The notes under the pieces: model-generated
Database searches by the model: none
The model's input: the letters and a program-made list of their open reading frames with translations, nothing else
What the model was told of the DNA's origin: nothing
Assembly: GCA_035285865.1 (NCBI GenBank)
Contig: JAYKHS010000026.1
Location: forward strand, 1 to 64,000
Source of the DNA: Candidatus Sericytochromatia bacterium
Lineage (GTDB): Bacteria > Cyanobacteriota > Sericytochromatia > S15B-MN24 > VGJW01
Length of the DNA: 64,000 nt
Direction: 5' to 3'
Part shown: piece by piece, positions 8,487 through 18,050 of the stretch
Layout: each line of letters begins with the position of its first letter
Position numbering within the stretch: position 1 is the stretch's first letter
Position numbers and translations under genes: made by a program

Positions 8487-9784
8487 GGTTCCATGATAGC
8501 GCGTCGCGTGGCCCAGAAGCCGGGATCCGAGACGGCTGCGACATCCGGATCCTCGAGGGTCACGGGACCGGCAGCCACCAGGCTGGCAATACCGGCAGCC
8601 ATGGCGAGCCGATGGTCCCCCAGGGCCTCGAATGCACGCCCGGGCCTGGGGAAGGGTGCATCATCGCCTCGACCGTGGATGGCCAGATCGTCGCCGGACA
8701 GTTCCGCGTGGACGCCCAGCCATCCGAGCAGTCCGGCCACGGCCTTCAGGCGATCGGATTCCTTGAAGCGGAGCTCGCGGGCCCCGAGGATTCTGGAGAT
8801 CCCACGCGCACGCGCCATGGCGACGGCCAGCACGGGAATCTCGTCCAGAGCCTGAACGACCTCCTCGCCCGCGATCGTCACGGGTGAAAGCACGGCCGGT
8901 GATGAGATCGTGACCGTGCCGACCGGGTCGTGGCCGTGGGCGGTGCCCAGCCAGACAGGACAGCCCATTCGCTCGAGCACGCGTATCCAGCCGATGCGGC
9001 CCGGATTGAGGCTGACAGGGCCAAGGACGAGACTCGAGCCCGGAACAATCGCTGCGGCTACCCCCCAGAATGCCGCGGCCGATGGATCCCCGGGGATGTC
9101 GAGGACGTGACCCGGCAGGTCCCATGGTCCCTCCAGCGCAAAACCCCGGGGCAGGCGCCGCAAGGGAGCCCCGAGGTCCTCGAGCAGGCGTTCCGTGTGG
9201 TCGCGAGAGGCGTGCGGTTCTTCGAGTTCCAGCCGTCCTCCCGCCTGAATGACGGCGAGGGCGAGCGCCGTCTTGACCTGAGCGCTGGCGATCGGGAGCG
9301 CGACGCTACAGGCCGCGGGGTTTGCCACACCCCTGACGGAAAGTGGCAGGTTGTCCCCGCCCTCGAGCACCGTCAGGCCCCACGCAGCGAGGGGATCGAG
9401 AACGCGACGCATCGGTCGTCGCGACAGGGAGGCGTCGCCGATCAGACGAGCACTCAGGCCGCGACCTGCAAGCAAGCCGAGCAGCATCCTCGCCGTCGAT
9501 CCCGAATTTCCGCAATCGAGCGTGACATCAGACCGCCACGCGTCTGGTGACGTGACCAGCAAGTCGCTCCCGTCCCGTACGATCCGGACACCGAGTCCCA
9601 TGAGGGCCGTGGCGGTATGCGCCACGTCGCGGGCCTGGCTCAGGCCGCGAAGGGTCCACGGGCTGGAGGCCAGTGCACCGAAGAGCAGGCCCCGGTGGCT
9701 GATGGATTTGTCGCCGGGCAGGTCGGGGTGCCCCCGCAAGGGACCGCACGCAGGATGCAGGACCATGGTCGTCACGGGCATCAT
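8483..9784 (-). CDS. aroA: 3-phosphoshikimate 1-carboxyvinyltransferase
   Basis: PGDKSISHR, CGNSGST, SAQVK, RDHTE, ELRFKESDR, GDHRLAM. Start uncertain within 9766-9784. Confidence 0.95.
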   Translation of the reverse strand: MMPVTTMVLHPACGPLRGHPDLPGDKSISHRGLLFGALASSPWTLRGLSQARDVAHTATALMGLGVRIVRDGSDLLVTSPDAWRSDVTLDCGNSGSTARMLLGLLAGRGLSARLIGDASLSRRPMRRVLDPLAAWGLTVLEGGDNLPLSVRGVANPAACSVALPIASAQVKTALALAVIQAGGRLELEEPHASRDHTERLLEDLGAPLRRLPRGFALEGPWDLPGHVLDIPGDPSAAAFWGVAAAIVPGSSLVLGPVSLNPGRIGWIRVLERMGCPVWLGTAHGHDPVGTVTISSPAVLSPVTIAGEEVVQALDEIPVLAVAMARARGISRILGARELRFKESDRLKAVAGLLGWLGVHAELSGDDLAIHGRGDDAPFPRPGRAFEALGDHRLAMAAGIASLVAAGPVTLEDPDVAAVSDPGFWATRRAIMEP

Positions 9785-9790
9785 GGTGCC

Positions 9791-10240
9791 ATGGGGCGCT
9801 GGGCACCCGCTTTCGTCTGGATGGCCGTCATCTGGATCCTGTCCGCGCGCGGACGCTCCGGTGAGGATTCGGGCTTCCTTCTGGCGACGCTCCTGTCGTG
9901 GTTCGGGCATCCCGAGGGTCCGGACCCCTATGTCCGCCTCGTGGTGCACGCCGCGGCGCGCAAGATGGCACACCTGTCGGCCTACGCGGTGCAGGCTCTG
10001 CTGGCGGTCCGGGCCCTCGGCGTCCGCAGGCTGGGCCTTGCCTGGTGCTGGGCCGTGCTCTGGGCGGTCATGGACGAGTGGCATCAGTCGATGGTCCCGG
10101 GGCGGTCGGGTCAGTTGCGTGACGTCATGATCGACGGTGCGGGCGCGACGTGGGCCTTGTTGGGGCTGTGGATCCACGTACGTTTGCCGCGGGCGCCTGG
10201 TCGGCCTGCTGGCCCGCTCCCTGCCCCGGATGTCGCCTGA
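9791..10240 (+). CDS. VanZ family membrane protein
   Basis: RKMAHLSAYA, DEWHQSMVPGR, DVMID. Confidence 0.85.
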   Translation: MGRWAPAFVWMAVIWILSARGRSGEDSGFLLATLLSWFGHPEGPDPYVRLVVHAAARKMAHLSAYAVQALLAVRALGVRRLGLAWCWAVLWAVMDEWHQSMVPGRSGQLRDVMIDGAGATWALLGLWIHVRLPRAPGRPAGPLPAPDVA

Positions 10241-10803
10241 CGGGCACCGAGGGCTTCTGTCCGGGTTGTCGCGCGGCGGCGCGGGCGCCGCTGGCTGCGC
10301 GGGTGGGCGAGGCCCGGTTGCTTGTTCTCGCGGCGGGTTCTTACCGAGGTGGCCTGCGACGCGCCATTCTGGCCCTCAAGCAGGGTGATCGTCCCGACCT
10401 CGCCCGGTCGCTCGCCGCTCTGTTCCCTGGCCCGCCACCTGGTGCCCCTTTGCTCGTGCCGGTGCCGACCTCGCCGGATCGCGTGCGTGCCCGGGGCTAC
10501 GATCACGCGTTGCTTCTTGCCCGTCACCTGGCCCGGACGTGGGGATGTCCCGTGTCCCCCCGTGTCCTGCGCCGCACGCGTGCCACGCCCCGCCTGCACG
10601 CCAGTGGCCCGGGGGAGAGGCGGCGATTGTTGCGGGGAGCGTTCGCGGCTGTCCGGTCCCGCAAGACGGCAGAGGTCTGGCTGGTCGACGACCTGTGCAC
10701 GACCGGAGCTACTCTGGACGGCTGCCGCAGTGCGCTCGGGATGCGTGGGTGGGATGTTCGCGGTGCGGTCGTGCTGGCCCGAGCCTGTTCCGGCATGCGC
10801 TAG
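10168..10803 (+). CDS. comF: ComF family protein (zinc ribbon + PRTase)
   Basis: CPGC..CPGC, VPVP, RGYDH, LVDDLCTTGATL. Start approximate, overlapping vanZ. Confidence 0.8.
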   Translation: MDPRTFAAGAWSACWPAPCPGCRLTGTEGFCPGCRAAARAPLAARVGEARLLVLAAGSYRGGLRRAILALKQGDRPDLARSLAALFPGPPPGAPLLVPVPTSPDRVRARGYDHALLLARHLARTWGCPVSPRVLRRTRATPRLHASGPGERRRLLRGAFAAVRSRKTAEVWLVDDLCTTGATLDGCRSALGMRGWDVRGAVVLARACSGMR

Positions 10804-10812
10804 AATGGGGTG

Positions 10813-11979
10813 ATGAGGTTCGGTCCCGGCCGCTTGGCACTCCTGCTTGCATCGTGGCTCGCCGTCGTGCTGGTCGCGTTGTCCCCGGTGCATGCCGCCG
10901 AGGAGAGTCCGGAGCCACCTGAGGTTCGCCTCGAGGCAGAATTTGGCCCCACGGCGCCCGATTCGGTCGTGCGGCAGTTCCAGGATGAGGCGGACCGCCG
11001 CGTGCCCGAGTGGATGGGTGCCAATCCTGCCGCGTCGGCCTCTGCGGATGGTTGGGCCCTGGTGCTCGAGAGGACGCCGCGCGGCCTCGTCGTCCGCATG
11101 GACATGCCTGCCGATGCCACGGTGGACGCGGCCCCCGTCGCCGAAGCTCTGCGGCAACCCATGGCCGGCCTGCTGCGCGAGGTGGGCGGGAACTACTCGA
11201 CGCGGCTTGATGTCCGGGTGCCCCGGTCCGGGTTGTCCCTGCCCGGTGGCCCTTGGGTGGCTGTTCCTGCCGTCGCGGCCGTGATCGTCGTCGGAGGGTT
11301 GCTGCTGCTCTCGCGGCGTCGGGGTCGAACCGGCGTGCCGAGGCTCTGGGGACTTCCGGTCATCGGGGTCCTGCCCGAAAGTCTGCTGCGCCTCGGGCGT
11401 CTGTACCATCTGCAGGCCAAGCCCTGCCAGGCGATGACGTGGTTCTTCCTGCAGCGCGCGGGGGCGCGCCGCGAAATGCTTCTGTCCGGGCCAACGCCGG
11501 AGGCTGCGGCCATCGTGGCCGTGGGCATCGCCGCGAACATGGCGCGGCAGGGTCAGTCGGTCCTGCTGGTCGACGTGGCCGGCGGCGGTGAGGTTTTCCC
11601 GGGGGTGCTTGCCCGGTTCGGGCCCGAAGCCACGACGGTCGGCGAGGGTGGCACCGCATCGGGCTTGCCCGGCGTCGACCACATGGCGCTCGGTGAGGTG
11701 CCCCTTCGTGCGGGCATCCTGCCCGAGGATGTCATGGAGCGCTACAGGGTCGTCCTGTATGTCTTGCCCCGCGGGCATCGCCCGGCGGGGATGGGGGTGC
11801 TCGAGATCGTGCATCGGGCCTCGTTGCGCCTTGCGGTGCCCATGTGGTTCTCCAGGCGCGCGCTGGGCTGGGTCGTCGTGGGTGAGTCCGTGCCGGTCCG
11901 GATATCCGACGCCTACTACACCCGCTACTATTACGAGCGCATCCAGGAACCGGGCGTGCCGACCCACGCCCTGGCCTGA
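10813..11979 (+). CDS. Membrane protein with degenerate BY-kinase (Wzc/CpsD-like) cytoplasmic domain and Tyr-rich tail
   Basis: Signal peptide, one TM helix, GLPVIGVLP, AANMARQGQSVLLVDV and C-terminal DAYYTRYYY. No Walker A GK[ST]. Confidence 0.55.
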   Translation: MRFGPGRLALLLASWLAVVLVALSPVHAAEESPEPPEVRLEAEFGPTAPDSVVRQFQDEADRRVPEWMGANPAASASADGWALVLERTPRGLVVRMDMPADATVDAAPVAEALRQPMAGLLREVGGNYSTRLDVRVPRSGLSLPGGPWVAVPAVAAVIVVGGLLLLSRRRGRTGVPRLWGLPVIGVLPESLLRLGRLYHLQAKPCQAMTWFFLQRAGARREMLLSGPTPEAAAIVAVGIAANMARQGQSVLLVDVAGGGEVFPGVLARFGPEATTVGEGGTASGLPGVDHMALGEVPLRAGILPEDVMERYRVVLYVLPRGHRPAGMGVLEIVHRASLRLAVPMWFSRRALGWVVVGESVPVRISDAYYTRYYYERIQEPGVPTHALA

Positions 11980-11986
11980 GGGGCAC

Positions 11987-12991
11987 ATGTCAGGAACAGG
12001 GCCAGTCATGGGTAGCGTGGCACCGGAGTATCTGGAGCGTGCCCTCGGACTGCACGCCCGCCATCCCGTGGTCGATGGGCATGCCGATACGCTCGACCGT
12101 TCCCTGGATGGCCACCTGACCTTCGGTGGGTCGCAACCAGACCTGCATTTCGACGTGCCGCGCTTCGCGGCTGTCGGGGGGGCCCTGCAATTCCTGTCGC
12201 TGTGGGTGCCGGGGGATGTCACGGGGGATCGGGCCCTTCATCGTGCCATGCGCCTCGTCGGCATCCTTCACGAAGGCCTGCGGCGCCAGCGGGGCTTTCG
12301 TCTCGTGGACCGCGCGGATGACCTTGAAGCCGGTCTTCCGGGCATCATGCTGTCCTTCGAGGGCGCCGATCCCCTCGCCGACGATCCCAAGTTGCTCGAG
12401 GCCTTTCATGCCCTCGGCCTAAGGATGGTCTCCCTGACCTGGAACGGGCGGAACGGGTTTGCCGATGGTCTGCTCGTATCGGACCGACCCAGCGGTCTGA
12501 CGCGCCTTGGTCGCGATCTGCTGAGACGGATGGCGGACCTCGACATGGTTCTCGATCTGGCACACATCGCAGAACCCGGCTTCTGGGACGCGCTCGAAGC
12601 CTACCCCGGGCGGGTCGTCGTCAGCCATGCCAATGCGCGTGCCGTTTGCGACCATCCCCGCAACATGAATGATGAGCAGATTCGTGCCATCGCGGAGCGT
12701 GGCGGAGTCATCGGGACCGTCCTTTATCCCCGCTTCATCGGGGAAGACGCAGGGTTGGCCCAGGTTGCACGCCACGTCAGTCATCTGCGCTCGGTCGGCG
12801 GTGACGGCGTGCTCGGGCTTGGCGCGGACCTGGACGGTATCAGCGACTTGCCTGCCGGCTTCGCGGGCGTGCAGGATCTGCCTCGCGTGACGGCAGCCCT
12901 GCTTGAGGCAGGTCTCGAGGAATCCGCAGTTGCGGCGTGGATGGGCGGCAACTGGTTGCGCGTGCTCTTTGGGAAGCGGGACGTCGCATGA
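11987..12991 (+). CDS. Membrane dipeptidase (peptidase M19)
   Basis: VVDGHADT, SFEG, LTWN, DLAH, VSHAN, HPRN, GADLDG. Confidence 0.9.
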   Translation: MSGTGPVMGSVAPEYLERALGLHARHPVVDGHADTLDRSLDGHLTFGGSQPDLHFDVPRFAAVGGALQFLSLWVPGDVTGDRALHRAMRLVGILHEGLRRQRGFRLVDRADDLEAGLPGIMLSFEGADPLADDPKLLEAFHALGLRMVSLTWNGRNGFADGLLVSDRPSGLTRLGRDLLRRMADLDMVLDLAHIAEPGFWDALEAYPGRVVVSHANARAVCDHPRNMNDEQIRAIAERGGVIGTVLYPRFIGEDAGLAQVARHVSHLRSVGGDGVLGLGADLDGISDLPAGFAGVQDLPRVTAALLEAGLEESAVAAWMGGNWLRVLFGKRDVA

Positions 12992-14037
12992 AGACAGCGG
13001 TTACCTTGCAGGACCTTGCGTTCCTCGACCCGGGCGGGATGTTTGGCTGTGTCGCCGGCTGGGGACTCCGCGCCGGTTCGGCCCACGCCCGTGCGCGCGT
13101 GGCACTCGCGGGCTGGCCCGAAGCGTCCCCCGTCCCCGCCTCAGTCTTGATGGTCGGCATGGGCGGTTCGGCGATTTCTGCTGACGTCGCCACGGAGTTC
13201 CTGGGCGGGCGCTGGCCCGTTCGACTCGGCGTCCATCGTGGAACGGGCCTGCCGGCCTGGGTCGATCGAGAGACTACGGTGGTGGCGCTCAGCTACTCCG
13301 GGGATACCGGGGAAACGCTCTCGGCCGTGGATGAAGCCGTGGCTCGGGGATGTCCCGTCGTGGCCCTGACGTGTGGCGGACAGCTGGGGGCCAGGATGGC
13401 CGCTGCCGGCGGACGTGTGCTTGCGCTCGAGCCCGGCTGGCAACCGCGTGCCGCGATGGGGGAAATACTGTTCACCCTGCTGGCCCTTCTCGGACACTGG
13501 GGGGCTCCGCTGGATTCCGGACCTGCTCTGGCGCACGCAGCGGCGTGGGGCGAGGCCCTTGCCGGGGGGGTCCCGGAAGACCATCCGGCACTGGCTCTTG
13601 CGCGCTTCTTGGCCGACTCCCCTGATGCCTGGCCCGTGATCGTGGGCGTTGGGGGCGTGACGGGTGCCGTGGCGGCGCGCTTGCGGGGCCAGTTGGCCGA
13701 GAACGCAAAGTGCCTCGCCTCGTCCACGGTCCTGCCGGAGGGTACGCACAACGATCTGGTGCCCTTGGCACTCGACCGCCATCGGGAGGCCGTTCTGGTC
13801 GCGTGCAGGGACCCTGAAGAGGACCCGTGGCTCGCCCGCCAGGCAGACGTGGCCCTTGCCGTCACGGGGCGTTCGTTGCACGAGTTGCGGTCCTGCCATC
13901 CCGACGCACTGGCACGGCTTGTCGAGAACGTGCTCGTCGGAGACCTCGCTTCTGTCTTGTTGGCGTGGATGCGGCGCGTGGACCCATCCCCCATCGAGCC
14001 CATCGTGACGCTCAAACAGAGGCTTAGGCATTCATGA
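12988..14037 (+). CDS. Bifunctional phosphoglucose/phosphomannose isomerase (SIS)
   Basis: GMGGSAI, SYSGDTGET, QPRAA, ENAK, PEGTHN. Confidence 0.88.
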   Translation: MKTAVTLQDLAFLDPGGMFGCVAGWGLRAGSAHARARVALAGWPEASPVPASVLMVGMGGSAISADVATEFLGGRWPVRLGVHRGTGLPAWVDRETTVVALSYSGDTGETLSAVDEAVARGCPVVALTCGGQLGARMAAAGGRVLALEPGWQPRAAMGEILFTLLALLGHWGAPLDSGPALAHAAAWGEALAGGVPEDHPALALARFLADSPDAWPVIVGVGGVTGAVAARLRGQLAENAKCLASSTVLPEGTHNDLVPLALDRHREAVLVACRDPEEDPWLARQADVALAVTGRSLHELRSCHPDALARLVENVLVGDLASVLLAWMRRVDPSPIEPIVTLKQRLRHS

Positions 14038-15119
14038 CTGTCGTCCTGCTTGCAGGGGGGCCGGGGACGCGCCTCCATCCCTTCACCCACACGACGCCGA
14101 AGCCTCTGCTGGACCTCGGTGACGTGCCTATCCTCGGCATGCAACTCGCCTTGTGTGCACGGCACGGCCTGACGGACGTCGTGTTGAACATCCATCATCT
14201 GGCGGCTCGGGTCCCGGAGGCCCTGGGTGATGGTGCCCGCTGGGGGGTCCGCTTGAAGTACAGCGTCGAGGAAACGCCACTGGGGACGGCGGGACCGGTC
14301 GCGCTCGCTGCAGACCTGCTCGATGGCGGGCCCCACGTGGTCTTCAACGGCGATATCCTGACGGACCTCGATCTCACGGCGTTGCTCGAGGCGCACCGGA
14401 AGTCGGGGGCGGCCGTGACGCTGACTTGCACCGAGGTAAAGGACCCGACGGCCTTCGGGTTGGTGCTCGCCGATGCCGATGGTCGCGTGTCCCGCTTCCT
14501 CGAGAAGCCGACGCGAGACGAGGCGCGCGTCCTGGTGGATCGCTTCTGGGTCAATGCAGGGACCTATGTCATCGATGATGCCGTCATTCGCCGGATGCCT
14601 CAGGGGCGTCCCTACAGCTTCGAGCGCGAACTCTTCCCTTCCCTTCTTGCCGAGGGTGTGCCGATGCATCGCTTCGAGTCCGCGGCCTACTGGCGCGATT
14701 GCGGCACGCCGGAGTCGTGGCGCCACGCCGTCCGGGACATCCTCGAGGAGCGGCTTGCTCCCCCGGGCCACTGGCAGCGTGAATTGCGGGACGGTCACGT
14801 CGTCTGGAGCGGGGGATCGGTGACTTGGGATGAAGGAGCAGGAGTCGAGGGAGGCCCCATTTTTCTCGGGGCAGGGACACGGTTGGGCGCGGGGGTCAGG
14901 CTCGGCCGGCATGTCGTCCTTGGACCCGATGTCACGGTGGGTGCATCTTCGCGCCTCGTCGAAGTTCAGCTCGGGCGTCGGGCCCGGGTCGGCGAAGGTG
15001 CGAGGCTCGCGTCCGTGATCGCCGGAGATGATTGCGTCCTCGAGTCGGAATGCACGGTGCAGGCGGACGCGCTCCTCGCTTCGGGTACGGTGCTCGCGCG
15101 AGGCACGCGGATCGGATGA
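14034..15119 (+). CDS. Mannose-1-phosphate guanylyltransferase / NDP-sugar pyrophosphorylase
   Basis: LAGGPGTRLHPFT, PKPL, PLGTAG, NGD, FLEKP, and C-terminal hexapeptide repeats. Confidence 0.88.
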   Translation: MTVVLLAGGPGTRLHPFTHTTPKPLLDLGDVPILGMQLALCARHGLTDVVLNIHHLAARVPEALGDGARWGVRLKYSVEETPLGTAGPVALAADLLDGGPHVVFNGDILTDLDLTALLEAHRKSGAAVTLTCTEVKDPTAFGLVLADADGRVSRFLEKPTRDEARVLVDRFWVNAGTYVIDDAVIRRMPQGRPYSFERELFPSLLAEGVPMHRFESAAYWRDCGTPESWRHAVRDILEERLAPPGHWQRELRDGHVVWSGGSVTWDEGAGVEGGPIFLGAGTRLGAGVRLGRHVVLGPDVTVGASSRLVEVQLGRRARVGEGARLASVIAGDDCVLESECTVQADALLASGTVLARGTRIG

Positions 15120-16546
15120 AGCGCCTGCTCTTCGGGACTGATGGATGGCGCGCCGAGCGGGGCGCCGGGTTCGATGCCAGGGCCATTGCCCGCGTCGCCG
15201 AGGGGGTGGCTCGGGTCTGGCGGGATGCTGATCCCGGTGATGCTCGCCCGGTGCTCGTGGGGGGAGACACCCGGAGCGGCAGTGCCGAAGGCGTGCGGCA
15301 GGTTGCCGCGGTGTTGGCCGGCGCCGGCCTCCCCGTGCTGCGTGTCGAGGGACCGGTCACGACGCCGAACATGTCCCACGCGGTGGTGCATCAGGGTGCG
15401 CGCGGGGCGCTCGTCGTCACGGCAAGCCACAATCCTGCCGGCTGGAACGGTCTGAAGATCAAGCAGGACTTCGGCGGGTCGGCAGAGCCGACGCTGACGG
15501 CGCAAGTCGAGGCGGCGATTCCCGACGAACCCTCGATTCGACCGGCCGATCCGGATGCCATACCCGTGCTGGACCCGCGTCCGGCCTACCGGGACGCACT
15601 GGCTGGTCTCGTGGATCTCGAGCGGGTGCGTCGCTTCATCGGACGGGCTGAGGCGCCGCTGCGGGTGGCGTTCGATGCAATGCACGGGGCCTCGGCGGGT
15701 TATCTCGAACATTTCCTGGGCCGAGACGGTTTGCTGGCGTTGCGTTCTGAGCCGGATCCGACCTTCGGCGGCGTGCATCCCGAGCCCATCGCGCAGCATC
15801 TGGGGCCGCTGCGGCAGGTGCTGGGAACCTGGAGCGCACCGGCCATCGGTCTCGCCTGCGACGGGGATGGGGACCGGATCGGCGCGGTTGCCGAGGGTGG
15901 GGCCTTCGTCAATGCCCATCTCCTGATGGCCTTGTTGACCCGGCATCTCCTCGAGGTCAGGGGATGGCAGGGCGACATCGTGAAGACGCTGTCGACCTCG
16001 GTGATGATCGATCGCTTGGCCCGACACTACGACCGGCCCTTGCATGTCGTGCCCATCGGTTTCAAGCACGTGGCGGCCGAGATGCTCAGCCGGCATGTGA
16101 TGCTGGGGGGCGAGGAGTCGGGGGGAATCGGCTTTCCGCGACACCTGCCCGAGCGGGATGGCCTGCTCTGCGCCTTGCTGGTCCTCGAGGCCTGTGCATG
16201 CGCCGGTACCGGGCTGGCGGGCCTGCTGGACAGCCTGCGGACGCTTGCCGGCGCACACGCTTACGATCGCATCGACCTGCCGCTGCCGGATCCTGTCCGT
16301 GTTCGCCGTGCCATCGAGGACCTGCGGGTGGAACCGCCGGCCGTGCTTGCGGGCAAGGCCGTGGTGCGCTGGGGATCCGAGGATGGTCTGAAGGCGATGC
16401 TGGAGGACGGCTCGTGGCTTCTGCTTCGCCTGTCCGGTACGGAACCTCTGCTGCGCCTCTATGCCGAGGCGTCCTCCGAGCCTGAGGTTGCCGACCTGCT
16501 GGCCGAAGGTCGGCGGTTGTCGTGCGCGGATCCTGGAGAGGCCTGA
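15116..16546 (+). CDS. Phosphoglucomutase/phosphomannomutase
   Basis: FGTDGWR, TASHNP, DGDGDR, GGEESGG, SGTEPLLRLY. Confidence 0.92.
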   Translation: MKRLLFGTDGWRAERGAGFDARAIARVAEGVARVWRDADPGDARPVLVGGDTRSGSAEGVRQVAAVLAGAGLPVLRVEGPVTTPNMSHAVVHQGARGALVVTASHNPAGWNGLKIKQDFGGSAEPTLTAQVEAAIPDEPSIRPADPDAIPVLDPRPAYRDALAGLVDLERVRRFIGRAEAPLRVAFDAMHGASAGYLEHFLGRDGLLALRSEPDPTFGGVHPEPIAQHLGPLRQVLGTWSAPAIGLACDGDGDRIGAVAEGGAFVNAHLLMALLTRHLLEVRGWQGDIVKTLSTSVMIDRLARHYDRPLHVVPIGFKHVAAEMLSRHVMLGGEESGGIGFPRHLPERDGLLCALLVLEACACAGTGLAGLLDSLRTLAGAHAYDRIDLPLPDPVRVRRAIEDLRVEPPAVLAGKAVVRWGSEDGLKAMLEDGSWLLLRLSGTEPLLRLYAEASSEPEVADLLAEGRRLSCADPGEA

Positions 16547-16548
16547 TC

Positions 16549-17532
16549 GTGCGAGCGCCGGGAATCGTCGTCCTGTCGGGGGGATACTCTTCCGAGCGGG
16601 ATGTCTCGCTGCGCAGTGGTGCGGCCGTTGCCGACGCCCTCGTCAGGCGCGGGCACGATGTGCGGCGCTTCGACCTCATGGATGTTCTTCCCGGTGGTCC
16701 CGTGGCACCCGGAGACTGGTTGCCCGGGACAGACGTCGTGCTGTTGGCCCTGCATGGGGCGGGGGGCGAAGACGGGCTCGTGCAGGGCATGCTCGAACTT
16801 GCTGGCGTCCCCTACACGGGGTCCGGCGTGTTGGCGAGCGCGACGGCCATGGACAAGGGGGCGACCAAGCGCGTCTATCGCGCTGCAGGTCTTCCTGTTG
16901 CCCCCGACATCCTCGTGCCTGCCGCCCACGTCCGCGGGATGCCTGTGGCCGGGCTTCGCGACAGCGTCGATGAGGAGCTGGGCTGGCCTGTCGTGCTCAA
17001 GGCCGTCTGTCAGGGCAGCACCCATGGCATCGAGGTGGTCCGGGAACGGGCAGGTTGGGGTCGGGCATGGGAGACGGTCGCGGCCTTCGGGGAGGACGTG
17101 CTCATCGAGACCTTCGTGCGTGGACGCGAGTTCACGGTTCCGGTATGGGGCCATCCCGAGCCGAAAGCCCTTCCCATCGTCGAGATTGTTCCGCGCGTGG
17201 CGGATTACTTCACGCTCGAGGCCAAGTACCAGCCAGGCGGGGCGGACGAGATCGTGCCGGCGGTGATCGATCCCGGGGTTGCAACGATGCTGGCGGACCT
17301 CGGCGTGCGTGCTCATCGGGCCCTTGGCTGCTTCGGAGTCTCGCGCACCGATGTGTTGCTCGATGCGGAAGGCCGGCCCTTTCTGCTCGAGACCAATACG
17401 GTTCCGGGCATGACTGAGGGTAGCCTCCTGCCCAAGGCCCTTGCAGCGGCTGGGGTTGACCTCGGCGGATTTGCCGAACGCATGGTGCAGTGGGCCCTGG
17501 CACGTGGTGCGCGCAGGAGGGACAGCCGGTGA
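16549..17532 (+). CDS. ddl: D-alanine--D-alanine ligase
   Basis: GGYSSERDVSL, LHGAGGEDG, YTGSG, MDK, KY, LETNTVPGMT. Confidence 0.93.
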   Translation: MRAPGIVVLSGGYSSERDVSLRSGAAVADALVRRGHDVRRFDLMDVLPGGPVAPGDWLPGTDVVLLALHGAGGEDGLVQGMLELAGVPYTGSGVLASATAMDKGATKRVYRAAGLPVAPDILVPAAHVRGMPVAGLRDSVDEELGWPVVLKAVCQGSTHGIEVVRERAGWGRAWETVAAFGEDVLIETFVRGREFTVPVWGHPEPKALPIVEIVPRVADYFTLEAKYQPGGADEIVPAVIDPGVATMLADLGVRAHRALGCFGVSRTDVLLDAEGRPFLLETNTVPGMTEGSLLPKALAAAGVDLGGFAERMVQWALARGARRRDSR

Positions 17533-18050
17533 ACGCACCGGTCTCGATGATGGTCGTGGGGCTGCCGGTGGCCATCCCGGCCCTGGCCCTCGCCGGCATC
17601 TTTCTCGCCGTCCGGGGTCATCGGGCCGGTCTCGTCGTGGTCGGAGCCGCGTGGCTGCCTCGGCTCTTTCTTGCCTGGGCCGGCGATGGAGTGGATGCCT
17701 TGCTGGCTGAAGGCGTGACAGCTGCCTGGACATCCCTGCTCTTGCTGCTGGGCTGGTTCTTCGAGCGTGCGGCCGCACGCCTCGGTCTGAGGCTGTTCCG
17801 ACTCGACCGGCAGGTCATGACGGGTGCAGCCGTCGGCATGGTGGTGACGTTGTTCGTCGGTTCGGCCGGTGGTCTGGGTCTGATGCTGGTCGGTGCGTTC
17901 CTCGGTGCTTTCGCGGGTGGCATCCTTGCTGCAGCCCCGCCGAGGCGAGCTTTGGTCGACAGCCTCGGGGCCCTGTTGGCCATGTTCGGCGGCGATGGCA
18001 TTCGTCTGCTGTGCGCCCTGACAGTAGCAGCCACGGTGGTCGGGCGTTGA
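17529..18050 (+). CDS. Integral membrane protein (DUF456-like)
   Basis: Multiple TM helices, GAAVG / GAFLGAFAG glycine patterns. GTGA overlap with ddl. Confidence 0.55.
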   Translation: MNAPVSMMVVGLPVAIPALALAGIFLAVRGHRAGLVVVGAAWLPRLFLAWAGDGVDALLAEGVTAAWTSLLLLLGWFFERAAARLGLRLFRLDRQVMTGAAVGMVVTLFVGSAGGLGLMLVGAFLGAFAGGILAAAPPRRALVDSLGALLAMFGGDGIRLLCALTVAATVVGR

